Assembly: GCA_963835065.1 (NCBI GenBank)
Contig: CAWIEK010000039.1
Span: 32,001-96,000 of the forward strand
Source of the DNA: an uncultured Chthonomonadaceae bacterium
Lineage (GTDB): Bacteria; Armatimonadota; Chthonomonadetes; Chthonomonadales; Chthonomonadaceae
Length of the DNA: 64,000 bases
Reading direction: 5' to 3'
Of the stretch, positions 1 to 9,545 are shown piece by piece. Each line of letters begins with the position of its first letter. Position 1 is the stretch's first letter. The position numbers and the translations under genes were made by a program. The notes under the pieces are model-generated. The model searched no databases, was not told where the DNA came from, and worked only from the letters and a program-made list of their open reading frames with translations.

Positions 1-647
1 GCGAGTACCAGTTGAGCGGCATCACGCAGGTGCAGGTGAACAAAAAAGCCGGCCTGACGTTCAGTTCCGCGCTGCGCTCGTTCCTGCGGCAAGACCCGGA
101 CATCATCATGGTCGGCGAAATGCGCGACCTGGAAACGGCGGAAATCGCCATTGAATCGGCGCTTACGGGCCACCTTGTGCTTTCCACGCTGCACACGAAC
201 GACGCGCCCTCGGCAACCATCCGCTTGATTGACATGGGAATCGAGCCGTTCCTTATTTCGGCAACCATCATCGGCGTTATGGCGCAGCGGCTTGGACGGC
301 GCATCTGCTCCAACTGCAAGGAGTACTACGAGGTTCCTTCCTCCGACCTGCGCCGCTTCGGGTACAAAGTGACCGACCCGAACGAAATGGTGCAGCTTGC
401 GCGCGGCAAGGGCTGCGAAGTGTGCCGCAACACGGGCTACAAAGGCCGCGTCGGTTTCTACGAGCTGATGACGATGAACGCGGAAATGGCGGAAATGGTC
501 GTGCGCCGCGCCCCGCTCACCGACTTGAAGGAAGCCGCCAAAGCCAACGGCATGAAGGAACTGCGCGAAGACGGCCTGATCAAAGTCCTGCAAGGCATGA
601 CCACGCCCGAAGAGGTTATGCGCGTCGTCTTCACCGCCGGCTTCTAG
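1..647 (+). CDS. pilB: Type IV pilus assembly ATPase PilB/GspE, C-terminal part (5' truncated by window)
   Basis: [15 protein letters not shown] (Walker B), LSTLHTNDA (His box), CSNC...CEVC Zn finger, GYKGRVG, TTPEEV. Confidence 0.95.
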   Translation, partial: EYQLSGITQVQVNKKAGLTFSSALRSFLRQDPDIIMVGEMRDLETAEIAIESALTGHLVLSTLHTNDAPSATIRLIDMGIEPFLISATIIGVMAQRLGRRICSNCKEYYEVPSSDLRRFGYKVTDPNEMVQLARGKGCEVCRNTGYKGRVGFYELMTMNAEMAEMVVRRAPLTDLKEAAKANGMKELREDGLIKVLQGMTTPEEVMRVVFTAGF

Positions 648-720
648 CCCTCACCCCAACCCCTCTCCCTTAAAATCGTATTTGAAAGCGAAACAGAAAT
701 ACAAAACATAGGGGAGGGGA
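648..720. repeat. REP-like imperfect inverted repeat (CCCTCACCCCAACCCCTCTCCCT ... GGGGAGGGG)
   Basis: Starts immediately after the pilB stop; a related copy is at 32986-33055. Confidence 0.6.
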
Positions 721-774
721 ACACCGTTTGTAACATACTTGGTAAGGTTTGTCGCCGAAAGCGCAGGGACAGAC

Positions 775-2100
775 ATGGCGGAACAAAAGCCCTTCCTGAA
801 AGATATGCTGGATGTTGATACCAAGTCAGCGCTGTGTGAAGTTGTTGCGCTTATTGGAGCGCAGGGTGAATCTGCCAATTACAGCAGCGAAGTTCAAAGT
901 CAGGTTGAGGATGCGCCAATTACGCGCCTTGCCAGTACAATTTTGCAGTGCGCCATTAAAGAAAAAGCCTCCGATATTCACATAGAGCCGGAGAAGCAAA
1001 CTATCCGCGTTCGTTTCCGCATTGACGGCAATATGCACGAAGTGATGCAGATGCCGGGCTATATTACAGCCCCTCTCATACGCCGATACAAAATTTTAGC
1101 GGATGTAAACATCATTGAATATCGTGTGCCACAGCAAGGGCGTATAGGCGCGCGTTATGATGGGGACGAGTACAATCTGCGGTGCAACATACTTCCAACC
1201 CTGCACGGCGAAAAAATTGTGATGCGTATTTCCGCTTCATCCGGCGCGAAATTGTACATGAATCAGGTAGGTTTTACGCCCGAAATGCAGGCGGACATCG
1301 AGGAGTTGCTGTTCTGGCGACCGGGAATGGTGTTGATAGCAGGCGCGAACGGGCAGGGCAAAACTACCACGCAGTATACGTTGCTCAATCGTGTGAATTC
1401 TGCGGATAAAAGCATCTTTGCGGTAGCTCCCGATTACGAATACATGCTGCCCGGAATTATGCAATCCACGTTGAACTCTCGTATTGGCTACACGGCGGAA
1501 GTGGCATTGGCCTCTATTGCCAATTTGGATGCACAGGTAGTGGCGCTAGATCGCTGCCGCACAAAGGAAGCAACGCAGTTAGCGTTAAGGATGGCAGCCG
1601 AAAATGTTTTGGTACTGCAAACATTAACGGCTCCAAACGCTTTCTCGGCATTGCAGTTTTTAATGACCAATGCGCAACCGGAGTTGATAGCAGAGGGACT
1701 GAGCGGCATTCTTGCGCAGACGCTGGTACGCCGACTTTGCTCCAACTGCAAAGAGCATTATGAAGTTACTGCCCGGGACTTGCGCCGTTTCGGGTACAAC
1801 GCGCCTGATCCGTCTGAGAAGGTACAAATTGCGCGTGGCAGGGGTTGTGAAATATGCCGCGATACGGGCTATCGCGGACGTATGGGGCTGTTTGAATTCG
1901 CAATGCTGGATGCAGACATGGCGGAAATGGTTGTACGCCGCGCCCCGCTCACGGACTTGAAGAAAGCCGCCAAAGCCAACGGCATGAAAGAATTGCGCGA
2001 AGACGGCCTGATTAAAGTACTTCAGGGATTGACCACGCCCGAAGAAGTAGAACGCGCTGTTCCTATACGTAATGTGAATGGCAGATTGCAACGGAACTGA
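775..2100 (+). CDS. Divergent PilB/GspE paralog with degenerate Asp box, Walker B and His box
   Basis: ASDIHIEP, RFRIDG, PQQGR, GEKIVMR and Walker A GANGQGKTT retained; AVAPDYEY, VVALDRCR and QTLTAPNA replace the canonical TIEDPVEY, VGEMRD and TLHTNDA. Confidence 0.85.
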   Translation: MAEQKPFLKDMLDVDTKSALCEVVALIGAQGESANYSSEVQSQVEDAPITRLASTILQCAIKEKASDIHIEPEKQTIRVRFRIDGNMHEVMQMPGYITAPLIRRYKILADVNIIEYRVPQQGRIGARYDGDEYNLRCNILPTLHGEKIVMRISASSGAKLYMNQVGFTPEMQADIEELLFWRPGMVLIAGANGQGKTTTQYTLLNRVNSADKSIFAVAPDYEYMLPGIMQSTLNSRIGYTAEVALASIANLDAQVVALDRCRTKEATQLALRMAAENVLVLQTLTAPNAFSALQFLMTNAQPELIAEGLSGILAQTLVRRLCSNCKEHYEVTARDLRRFGYNAPDPSEKVQIARGRGCEICRDTGYRGRMGLFEFAMLDADMAEMVVRRAPLTDLKKAAKANGMKELREDGLIKVLQGLTTPEEVERAVPIRNVNGRLQRN

Positions 2101-2290
2101 AATTCCTGTTGCTTTAGGGCGTTCCGCCAAATGTCCTTCGGACATAACTCTGCTTATAGCAAGACTGCCCGTAGTCCGAAGGACACTTAGCCGCAAGGCT
2201 ACTAAAGCAAAGGGAATTCATTCCGTTGCGCGTTAGTGCAAATCGGATTGTCATACGCGCATCCCCTTGCGGCCTGAAACAGGGCAGAGG

Positions 2291-2320
2291 TTGGCATATT
2301 TTTGAAAATGGGCGTATACT
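2291..2320 (+). promoter_or_regulatory. Possible sigma70 promoter upstream of pilT
   Basis: TTGGCA-18 bp-TATACT in an AT-richer gap. Confidence 0.4.
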
Positions 2321-2406
2321 GAACTTATCTGCACTCATAACAAAGCGCTTCGTTTGTTGGCGTTGCCCGGCCTGATCCGGGCAAAATGAATCGTCGGAGA
2401 AAACAC

Positions 2407-3794
2407 TTGGCAAACAATCCATACTCCAATCAGCCGGGACAGCCCGGTTCCGGCCAGCCTGGGCAACCCGGCCAGCCGCAGCAGCCCGCCTACGGTCAGC
2501 CGCAGGCAACGGGAACGCCCGCCGCGTACAATCCCGCCGCCGGTCAGGTTGCCACAATGCCGGGACAGACCCGGTCAGCCGGGAATGCCCGTGCCGCAGG
2601 GACAGCCGGGGATGCCCACGCCGCAGCCCATGCCCACCGCGCAGGTGGTGCAGGTGGCGTCCGCGAAACCGCAGCCGCTCGACGACGCGCACATTGACGA
2701 CCTGCTGCACCATGATGCACGACAAGGGCGCGTCCGACCTGCACCTTGCGGTTGGCATTCCGCCCATCATTCGCGTGGACGGCGCGCTTGTGCCGATTCC
2801 CTTCGAGAAAATGACGCCGCAGCACTCGCAGCGCCTGATCTACGACATTCTGACGGACGAACAGATACAGCGCTTTGAAACGCATCTGGAACTGGACTTT
2901 TCCTACCAGTTGTCGCGCATCGCCCGCTTCCGCGTGAACGTGTTCCGCGATAAAGGCAACTCGGCCAGCGCCTTCCGCCAGATTCCGCAGAAAATCCCGA
3001 CACTCAAGCAGCTTGGCCTGCCCGCCGTGCTGGAAGAACTGACGCGCCTGCCGCGCGGCCTGGTCCTTGTAACCGGCCCGACCGGTTCGGGCAAGTCCAC
3101 CACGCTGGCCGCCATGATCAACCAGATCAACAGCGAAGTCAGCAAGCACGTCATTACGATTGAAGACCCGATTGAGTACCTGCATACGCACCGCACGAGC
3201 GTTATCAATCAGCGCGAAGTGGGGCAGGACACGCTGGAATTCAAGAACGCCCTGCGCGCCGCTCTGCGCGAAGACCCGGATGTGATTCTCGTCGGCGAAA
3301 TGCGCGACCTGGAAACCATGCAGATGGCCGTATCCGCAGCGGAAACGGGCCACCTTGTGTTCGCCACGCTGCACACCAACTCCGCCGCGACTTCCGTTGA
3401 GCGCATCGTTGACTCGTTCCCGTCCGGTCAGCAGGAGCAGGTTCGCTTGCAGTTGTCCAACAACCTGCAGGCCATTCTCTGCCAGCAGCTGATTCCGCGC
3501 TCCAACCAGCCGGGCCGCGTCTGCGCCCTGGAAATCATGCGCGCTTCCCCGGCTATCCGCAACCTGATCCGCGAGGCCAAAGCGCACCAGATCACCTCGA
3601 TGATCCAGACCAGCGCCAACCTGGGGATGCAGACGATGGACCAATGCCTGCGCGACCTGTACGTGCGCGGAACCATCTCGTTTGAAGAAGCCATGAACCG
3701 CGCCATGAACCCGCCGGAACTGGAAAAGATGATCAAGACCGCCACCACGCCCACTACCGGGCCGGGTTCGGGCGGTTCCGGGACACGGTATTAG
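2407..3794 (+). CDS. pilT: Type IV pilus retraction ATPase PilT with P/Q/G-rich N-terminal extension (two +1 frameshifts near 2570 and 2710)
   Basis: ASDLHL, GPTGSGKSTT, TIEDPIEY, REDPDVILVGEMRD, TLHTNSA, AIRNLIRE, GMQTMDQ; TTG start after GGAGA. Confidence 0.93.
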
Positions 3795-3814
3795 GGGGTT
3801 GAGAGTTGCCTTTG

Positions 3815-3912
3815 TCTGAACCATGATTTCACATGATTTATGATGATTACCATGATTTTAGGAGGCGCTTCCTCATGGTAATCACAACAATCATGTGAAA
3901 TCATGGTTCAGA
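3815..3912. repeat. Inverted repeat of CATGATT-like units (perfect 24-bp outer arms)
   Basis: TCTGAACCATGATTTCACATGATT (3815-3838) / AATCATGTGAAATCATGGTTCAGA (3889-3912), plus inner pair GATTACCATGA/TCATGGTAATC. Confidence 0.9.
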
Positions 3913-3948
3913 AACAGCGCAGGTAAATCAATCATTCGGAAAACTGCC

Positions 3949-4428
3949 ATGCCGAATCTACCAGTACACAGTACGGACAAACGGGGTATACGCGAACCGG
4001 GACTACGCAGGCCGAAAACGTCGAAATTCTGACGTACATGTTGCAGCAGCAAGGATTTGAAGTAGAGCGTGTTGAAGCCGTCCACTGCGAAACAGCGAGC
4101 GGTAAGTACCGTTCGCGTGTCTCGTACTGAAGTGCTGGTGTTCTGGATACAATTTTCGATTATGATTGACAAGAGGTGTCGCCTGTTCGCGCCTTGGATA
4201 TTGCCGCCGAACGCGCCGATTCACTGCGGTTTGCAACGGCTGCTTAAAGACATTGCCGGACAGGTTTGCGGCGGACGTCCGCATTTCATCAAGCGCTGGC
4301 GCAGTACCCAAACGTGTTTGATGCGGCTTCCGTCGGCATTATCCATGCGGGCGAAATAGCCAACGCGCATGTCGGACGCCGTACATCGTCTGATACAATT
4401 CATGGAGCGTGACCGCAGGCGCGGTTAA
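3949..4428 (+). pseudogene. Truncated, frameshifted paralog of the PilC N-terminal cytoplasmic domain
   Basis: Joined frames read MP.YQYTVR..GTTQAENVEILTYMLQQQGFEV..EVLVFWIQFSIMID..VSPVRALDI..LQRLLKDI..HQALAQYPNVFD...GIIHAGEI..VHRLIQFMERD, collinear with downstream PilC residues ~1-160. Confidence 0.8.
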
Positions 4429-4476
4429 TGTTTGTGTTTGCTCATCGGGTTCGTGTAGTTTGCGGAGGAAATATCC

Positions 4477-5733
4477 ATGCCCGTTTTTCAATATACTGTC
4501 CGTGACCAGACCGGGGCCGTGCGTACCGGCACGTCGGAAGCGGAAAGTCAGGACATTCTGAAACGCCGCTTGCAGGAGCAGGGCTTTCAGGTCAACGATG
4601 TTACGCAGTCCAAAGGCAAGCAGAAGAAATCTGCCGGAGCCGGTTTCGGCCGCGTCAAGCTGGGCGACCTGTCCATCTTCTGCCGCCAGTTTTCGACCAT
4701 GATTGACGCGGGCGTGTCGCTGGTGCGCGCGCTCGACGTGCTTGCCGAGCAGACCCAAAACCCCAAGCTGAAGCGCATCCTCAAAGAGATTCAGGTTGAA
4801 GTCGAATCGGGCGGCAACCTTTCCAAAGCGATGCAGAAGTACCCCAAAGTGTTCAACAACCTGTTTATCGGGTTGATACGCGCGGGGGAAGTCGGTGGCG
4901 TCCTCGAAGAATCCTTGCAGCGTTTGTCCCACTTCCTGGAAAAGGACATGGAACTGCGCCGCAAAGTGAAGTCGGCCATGACGTATCCCGTCATCGTCCT
5001 TGTCGTCGCGCTCGCCATCGTGCTTGGGCTTTGTACCTTCATCGTTCCCAAGTTCGTGGAACTGTTCAAGGACCTGGGCGTCAAGGAACTGCCCGCCATG
5101 ACGCAGTTCCTCGTAGACTTCAGCGACTTTCTGAAAACCAAGTGGTACATCGGTATCCTGATTATCGTGATTACCTATGTGGCCGTCAAATACTTTGGAA
5201 CTACCAAAGTGGGACGGCGCGTAATTGACCGCGTGAAGCTGAAAATACCGGTCTTCGGCAAATTGGGCCATAAAATCTGTCTGGCGCGTTTTTCGCGAAC
5301 GCTGTCCACGCTGCTGGTTTCGGGCGTACCCATTTTGCAGGCGATGGAAACCGTTGCCGGCACATTGGGCAACGAAATCATTGCCGAAGCCGTTATGAAC
5401 GCCCGCGCCCGTATCCGGGAAGGCGACAAAATCAACGAGCCGCTGGAAAAAAGCAAGATGTTCCCGCCGATGGTCGTTCACATGATCAGCATCGGCGAAG
5501 AATCGGGCGCTCTGGACCAGATGCTTTCCAAAATCGCCGAGTTCTACGAGGGCGAAGTGGAATCGCAGTTGGCCTCGCTGACCGCCGCCATTGAACCCAT
5601 CATGATCGTTCTCCTGGGCATCTGCGTCGGCTTTATCGTAATCGCCATGTTCATGCCCCTCGTTCAAGTGATTCAGAACCTGACCGGCGGCGGCGACGAC
5701 GAAGCCAAGAAGGCAGGCGCGGACGATAAGTAG
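4477..5733 (+). CDS. pilC: Type IV pilus platform protein PilC/GspF
   Basis: FCRQFSTMIDAGV, AGEVGG, SAMTYP, SGVPIL, GEESGALD, EPIMIV; two GspF domains. Confidence 0.96.
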   Translation: MPVFQYTVRDQTGAVRTGTSEAESQDILKRRLQEQGFQVNDVTQSKGKQKKSAGAGFGRVKLGDLSIFCRQFSTMIDAGVSLVRALDVLAEQTQNPKLKRILKEIQVEVESGGNLSKAMQKYPKVFNNLFIGLIRAGEVGGVLEESLQRLSHFLEKDMELRRKVKSAMTYPVIVLVVALAIVLGLCTFIVPKFVELFKDLGVKELPAMTQFLVDFSDFLKTKWYIGILIIVITYVAVKYFGTTKVGRRVIDRVKLKIPVFGKLGHKICLARFSRTLSTLLVSGVPILQAMETVAGTLGNEIIAEAVMNARARIREGDKINEPLEKSKMFPPMVVHMISIGEESGALDQMLSKIAEFYEGEVESQLASLTAAIEPIMIVLLGICVGFIVIAMFMPLVQVIQNLTGGGDDEAKKAGADDK

Positions 5734-5740
5734 GAAAGGA

Positions 5741-5863
5741 AGGGATAAGGGATAAGGGATAAGGGATAAGATCGTTCAGGTTCTTTGTTTTCTAAACGGA
5801 CAGCAATTAAGACTTGCTTCAGAGGCGTGAACACTTATCCCTTATCCCTTATCCCTTATCCCT
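5741..5863. repeat. Inverted heptamer tandem repeat (GGGATAA)4 / (TTATCCC)4, perfect 30-bp arms
   Basis: Arms at 5741-5770 and 5834-5863 between pilC and pilD. Confidence 0.95.
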
Positions 5864-5874
5864 ACTATGGGACC

Positions 5875-7083
5875 ATGCTTCCAACCGCTTTCTGGGTGAT
5901 AACGCTATTTCTACTCGGTATTTGCGTCGGCAGTTTTCTGACGGCGGTCATTTATCGTCTGGGACACCCGGAACTCAGGAAGGACGGCAGGCGGTTGAGT
6001 CTGCTGGAGCCGCAGCGCTCGATGTGCCCGACGTGCAAACAGTCGCTTCATGCGATAGATTTGCTTCCCCTGGTCAGTTTTTTGATGTTCGGGCGCAAGT
6101 GCCACTATTGCCGGACGCCGATCTCGTGGCGCTACTTCGGCGTGGAACTGCTGACCGGCCTGTTGTTTGTGGCGTTGTACTACAAGTTCCCGCTGACGCC
6201 CACCGAGATGATGGGGCAAAACGCTGTCACGCTGACGGCGATGCTGCTGTTTGCCGCCACGCTGATTCCGATTTTCTTTATTGATCTGGAAACATATACC
6301 ATTCCGATTTCGCTGACGCTGCTGACAACGGTGATTCCGATTGTGCTGGATGTGTGGCAGATCGCGCATCACCGCGAGGGGTTTGCGCCGATGATGGGCT
6401 GGCTGCCGCGTTCGCTGGCCGGCTGGATTGTCGGAACTTTGATTTTTGGGTTTGTGCGCGTGATGGGCTGGCTGTATCTTCGCTACAAAACCGGCGAAGA
6501 TGGCGAAGCGATGGGGTTGGGAGACGTGTTTCTGGCACGGGGCATGGGCGCGATGTTCATGGTCACAATGCCGATTGGACTGAGCTACTGGCCGTTTCCG
6601 CTGTGGGTCATTCTTTCCTGCGTGGGCGGCATCCTTGTGTATCCTCTTTTCACCATTTTTAAGCGCCAAAACGAAAAAAATGAGGCAAAAAAGCTGGATC
6701 GGTACGGAAATGCGCCCTCGCCTGTTGAAATAAGCGGTGGCATGTCCGACAATGCTGAAGATGCGCCCAAAGGTTCGCTGTTGGAGCAACTGCGCGATGT
6801 GGCGCTGGTGCTGTTCGCGGTAGATGCGTATGAATGGACGCGGTACACGTTCCATCCCGGTTATCGCAGGCAAATCGAAGATAAAGAAGCGGAAGAAGCC
6901 GCCCGCTACGCCGAAATGACTCAGAACGCGGAAATGCAAGGCTGGACTCCTGCGGCGACAGCCATTCCGTTCGGCCCGTTTTTAGTGGTAGGCTTTCTCC
7001 TCACGATCTTTTGCGGCGAGGCCATGATTTACGCATATCTCGTCTACGCGCACCTGACGCCGGAGTTCACTCAGCCAAGCTGA
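5875..7083 (+). CDS. pilD: Prepilin peptidase/N-methyltransferase PilD (peptidase A24)
   Basis: GSFL..VIYR, RSMCPTC, KCHYC, ISWRY, FIDL, MGLGDV, IPFGPFL. Confidence 0.93.
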   Translation: MLPTAFWVITLFLLGICVGSFLTAVIYRLGHPELRKDGRRLSLLEPQRSMCPTCKQSLHAIDLLPLVSFLMFGRKCHYCRTPISWRYFGVELLTGLLFVALYYKFPLTPTEMMGQNAVTLTAMLLFAATLIPIFFIDLETYTIPISLTLLTTVIPIVLDVWQIAHHREGFAPMMGWLPRSLAGWIVGTLIFGFVRVMGWLYLRYKTGEDGEAMGLGDVFLARGMGAMFMVTMPIGLSYWPFPLWVILSCVGGILVYPLFTIFKRQNEKNEAKKLDRYGNAPSPVEISGGMSDNAEDAPKGSLLEQLRDVALVLFAVDAYEWTRYTFHPGYRRQIEDKEAEEAARYAEMTQNAEMQGWTPAATAIPFGPFLVVGFLLTIFCGEAMIYAYLVYAHLTPEFTQPS

Positions 7084-7234
7084 CATGGGCGGCGGGAACA
7101 AGCGCGGGAACGATGTCGTCAGACATAACGTGCGGAGTGGCGCGGCGAGGATGTGGAAGCGGTGAATTGCCCTGCCTGTGTGCCTTATCTGTTTACTGCC
7201 CGCGATTTCCACACCGGGCCAAAGGAACGGAGAC

Positions 7235-8080
7235 ATGAACCGTAAAGGTTTCACCCTGATCGAATTGCTCGTCGTGATCGCCATAATCGCCATCCTCGCC
7301 GCCATTCTGTTCCCCGTGTTCGGGCAGGTGCGCAAGAATGTGCGGCAGGGGCAGTGCATTGAACAAATGCACACGATTTATACCGCACTCAAGCTGTACA
7401 AGGAAGACAACAACCGGTATCCCGCCGCCTTGTTCGGGTTTGCCGAAGATGGCACGGACTTCTACACCGGCGGAACTGTCGGAAATCTCAGCCTGCTGCA
7501 CTACAAGCCGTTGTTCACCAAACAAAATTATCTCAAAGACAACGCGCTGTACCAGTGCCCGGTCACAAAAGACAAAAACCAGACGGATGTGACGAAAGCG
7601 TACTATCCGAACGTGATTGCGTACCCGACCAATACGGCGCTTGCCACTACAAACGTGATTTTCGATACCAATGTCCAGCACAGCATCGGGCGTGACGCGG
7701 ACGCGACATTCAGCAAATTTATCGGCCAGAGCATCTACTATTACAAGTACGACAACTACGACATTCAGCCGATGCCCAATTCGACTCTTGATGGCCCCGA
7801 TCCGAGCGGCAAGTACGAGGTTCACTACGCGCTGAACTGGTCTATCAAGCCTGCCAATCCGCTGCAGCCCGTCACCAGCGCCAACGATTTTCGCGTGTAC
7901 CCCAACCAGATGAAGTACGGCAACAAAGCCGACGAAAGCCATACCGTCGTAACCTGGTGCAACGAACACGCCCTGAATGCCTACAGCGACAAAGTCCTGG
8001 TGCTGTCCCTGAGCGGGCAAACCAAAGTCGTTGACAAGAAAACCTTCTACCAAAAAGGTCCTTTGACAATTTTGAAATGA
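7235..8080 (+). CDS. Prepilin-type N-methylation domain protein (281 aa)
   Basis: [32 protein letters not shown]-like AGGA/GGAG upstream. Confidence 0.93.
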   Translation: MNRKGFTLIELLVVIAIIAILAAILFPVFGQVRKNVRQGQCIEQMHTIYTALKLYKEDNNRYPAALFGFAEDGTDFYTGGTVGNLSLLHYKPLFTKQNYLKDNALYQCPVTKDKNQTDVTKAYYPNVIAYPTNTALATTNVIFDTNVQHSIGRDADATFSKFIGQSIYYYKYDNYDIQPMPNSTLDGPDPSGKYEVHYALNWSIKPANPLQPVTSANDFRVYPNQMKYGNKADESHTVVTWCNEHALNAYSDKVLVLSLSGQTKVVDKKTFYQKGPLTILK

Positions 8081-9177
8081 GTGATACGACGCGGAAAGAA
8101 CACGGAACCATGAAAACGCGCAACGCTTGCCGCCCAACACCCAACACCCAACACCCAACACCCAACACCGCTTTCACCCTGATCGAATTGCTCGTCGTGA
8201 TCGCCATTATCTCGATTCTCGCCGCTATTCTCTTCCCGGTCTTCGCGAAGGTGCGCGAATCAACGCGGCAGGGCAGCGCCATGAGCAACATGCATGCCGT
8301 CTATCTGGGCGCGAGGCTGTTTTACGAGGATGAAGGCCGCTATCCCACGTCGCTGTTTGGTTACGCGGAAGTGCCTGTTGTCAACGCGACCTACGACCCC
8401 AACAAGCCTACTGCCGCGCCCGCCCGACCCGGCGATACTAACATCACGCCCATGAGTCAGGCTACGGGCAATTATTACACCGACGCGCTCAGTACGGGAC
8501 GCGGCCTCAATCACGGCTATCTGTACGGCGAGCAGGTGAAAGACTTCGAGACGTTTCTTGACTCAGATAACCTTGTCGGCAAGCAGCAGAACGGGCAGAC
8601 GCAGGTAACAGCTGTTGTCTATCCCAAGACACTGCCGACGCTGAAAGATGGCACGTCGCTGGCAGGCCTGAACGTCGTGTGGACGCAGCGCAGTACGGGC
8701 GGAACCGGCTGCCCGGTATCCGGCGACACTGATTATCCGACCAACCCGAACGATAACACCGACTTGTCCTACTACAACAACCAGTCAAAACTGTTCTACA
8801 AGATGGACAGCATGGACATCGGCCCGGCTATAGACTTCGACGCGAGCGGCAATGCGATTGTCCGCAAAGACGGCAGTGGCAACACGGTGTATGAACTGCA
8901 CTACTCGCCCGACTGGACCAAAGAGCGCTACGATGGCAAGGGCTGTGACGCAGTAGCGGACGGCACTCCAAACGGCAAGCCGATTGTGTCACAGTTGAAG
9001 TACAAAAGCCCGCCCACCGAGCGCACGATTCTTACGTACAACACCGACCACGTCGCCACCGCCGGAAGTTCAAACGTGCTGATCCTGCTGATGTCAGGCA
9101 CAGCCCGCACCATGGACGTCAAGCAAGCCCTGAAACCGGCTGCCAATGCCATCACGCTGCCGCTGAATTATAAATAG
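8077..9177 (+). CDS. Prepilin-type protein, paralog of 7235-8080; leader contains (CCCAACA)5
   Basis: [25 protein letters not shown]; shares RYP..LFG.AE, YE.HY...W, Q.KY and VL.L..SG with the upstream pilin; alternative start at 8110. Confidence 0.9.
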   Translation: MSDTTRKEHGTMKTRNACRPTPNTQHPTPNTAFTLIELLVVIAIISILAAILFPVFAKVRESTRQGSAMSNMHAVYLGARLFYEDEGRYPTSLFGYAEVPVVNATYDPNKPTAAPARPGDTNITPMSQATGNYYTDALSTGRGLNHGYLYGEQVKDFETFLDSDNLVGKQQNGQTQVTAVVYPKTLPTLKDGTSLAGLNVVWTQRSTGGTGCPVSGDTDYPTNPNDNTDLSYYNNQSKLFYKMDSMDIGPAIDFDASGNAIVRKDGSGNTVYELHYSPDWTKERYDGKGCDAVADGTPNGKPIVSQLKYKSPPTERTILTYNTDHVATAGSSNVLILLMSGTARTMDVKQALKPAANAITLPLNYK

Positions 9178-9437
9178 GGTATTCAGGTATTCAGGTGTTC
9201 GGGTGTTCAGGAAATGCAAAAGCAAAGATGTTGTTTTCGCGCAACAAGTTCGCAGCCTAACACCTGAATACTTGAATACCCGAACACCTGAACACCTGAA
9301 TATGTAACCGGGCGGGGAAGTCACGCGAACAGGCAATACTTCCCCGCTTCTTATCTGTGTTCCCATCAGGTATTGGGGATTAGACACTGCATACACGAGT
9401 TAAGCCGAACACCTGAATACCTGAACACCTGAACACC
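9178..9437. repeat. Inverted octamer tandem repeats (TTCAGGTR)n / (YACCTGAA)n with an extra right arm
   Basis: Left arm ~9178-9211; right arms ~9259-9301 and ~9406-9437. Confidence 0.9.
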
Positions 9438-9545
9438 GCATTTGGATTGTCCGTCGGAACAAGCGTCACCGGGAAGTCGTCGTAAGTAGGGTAACGCGCT
9501 CTTGCATTGCTGCCATCGTCGGCAGTCTCCACGCTTAGGGAAACC

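Noticed and set aside
486..2049. DGR template/variable repeat pair (pilB versus pilB' 3' ends)
   Set aside because: Differences are mostly synonymous and not adenine-specific, and there is no reverse transcriptase in the window.
2292..2306. sigma54 promoter for pilT
   Set aside because: TGGCA is present, but the -12 element is one base too close and reads TTGA rather than TTGC.
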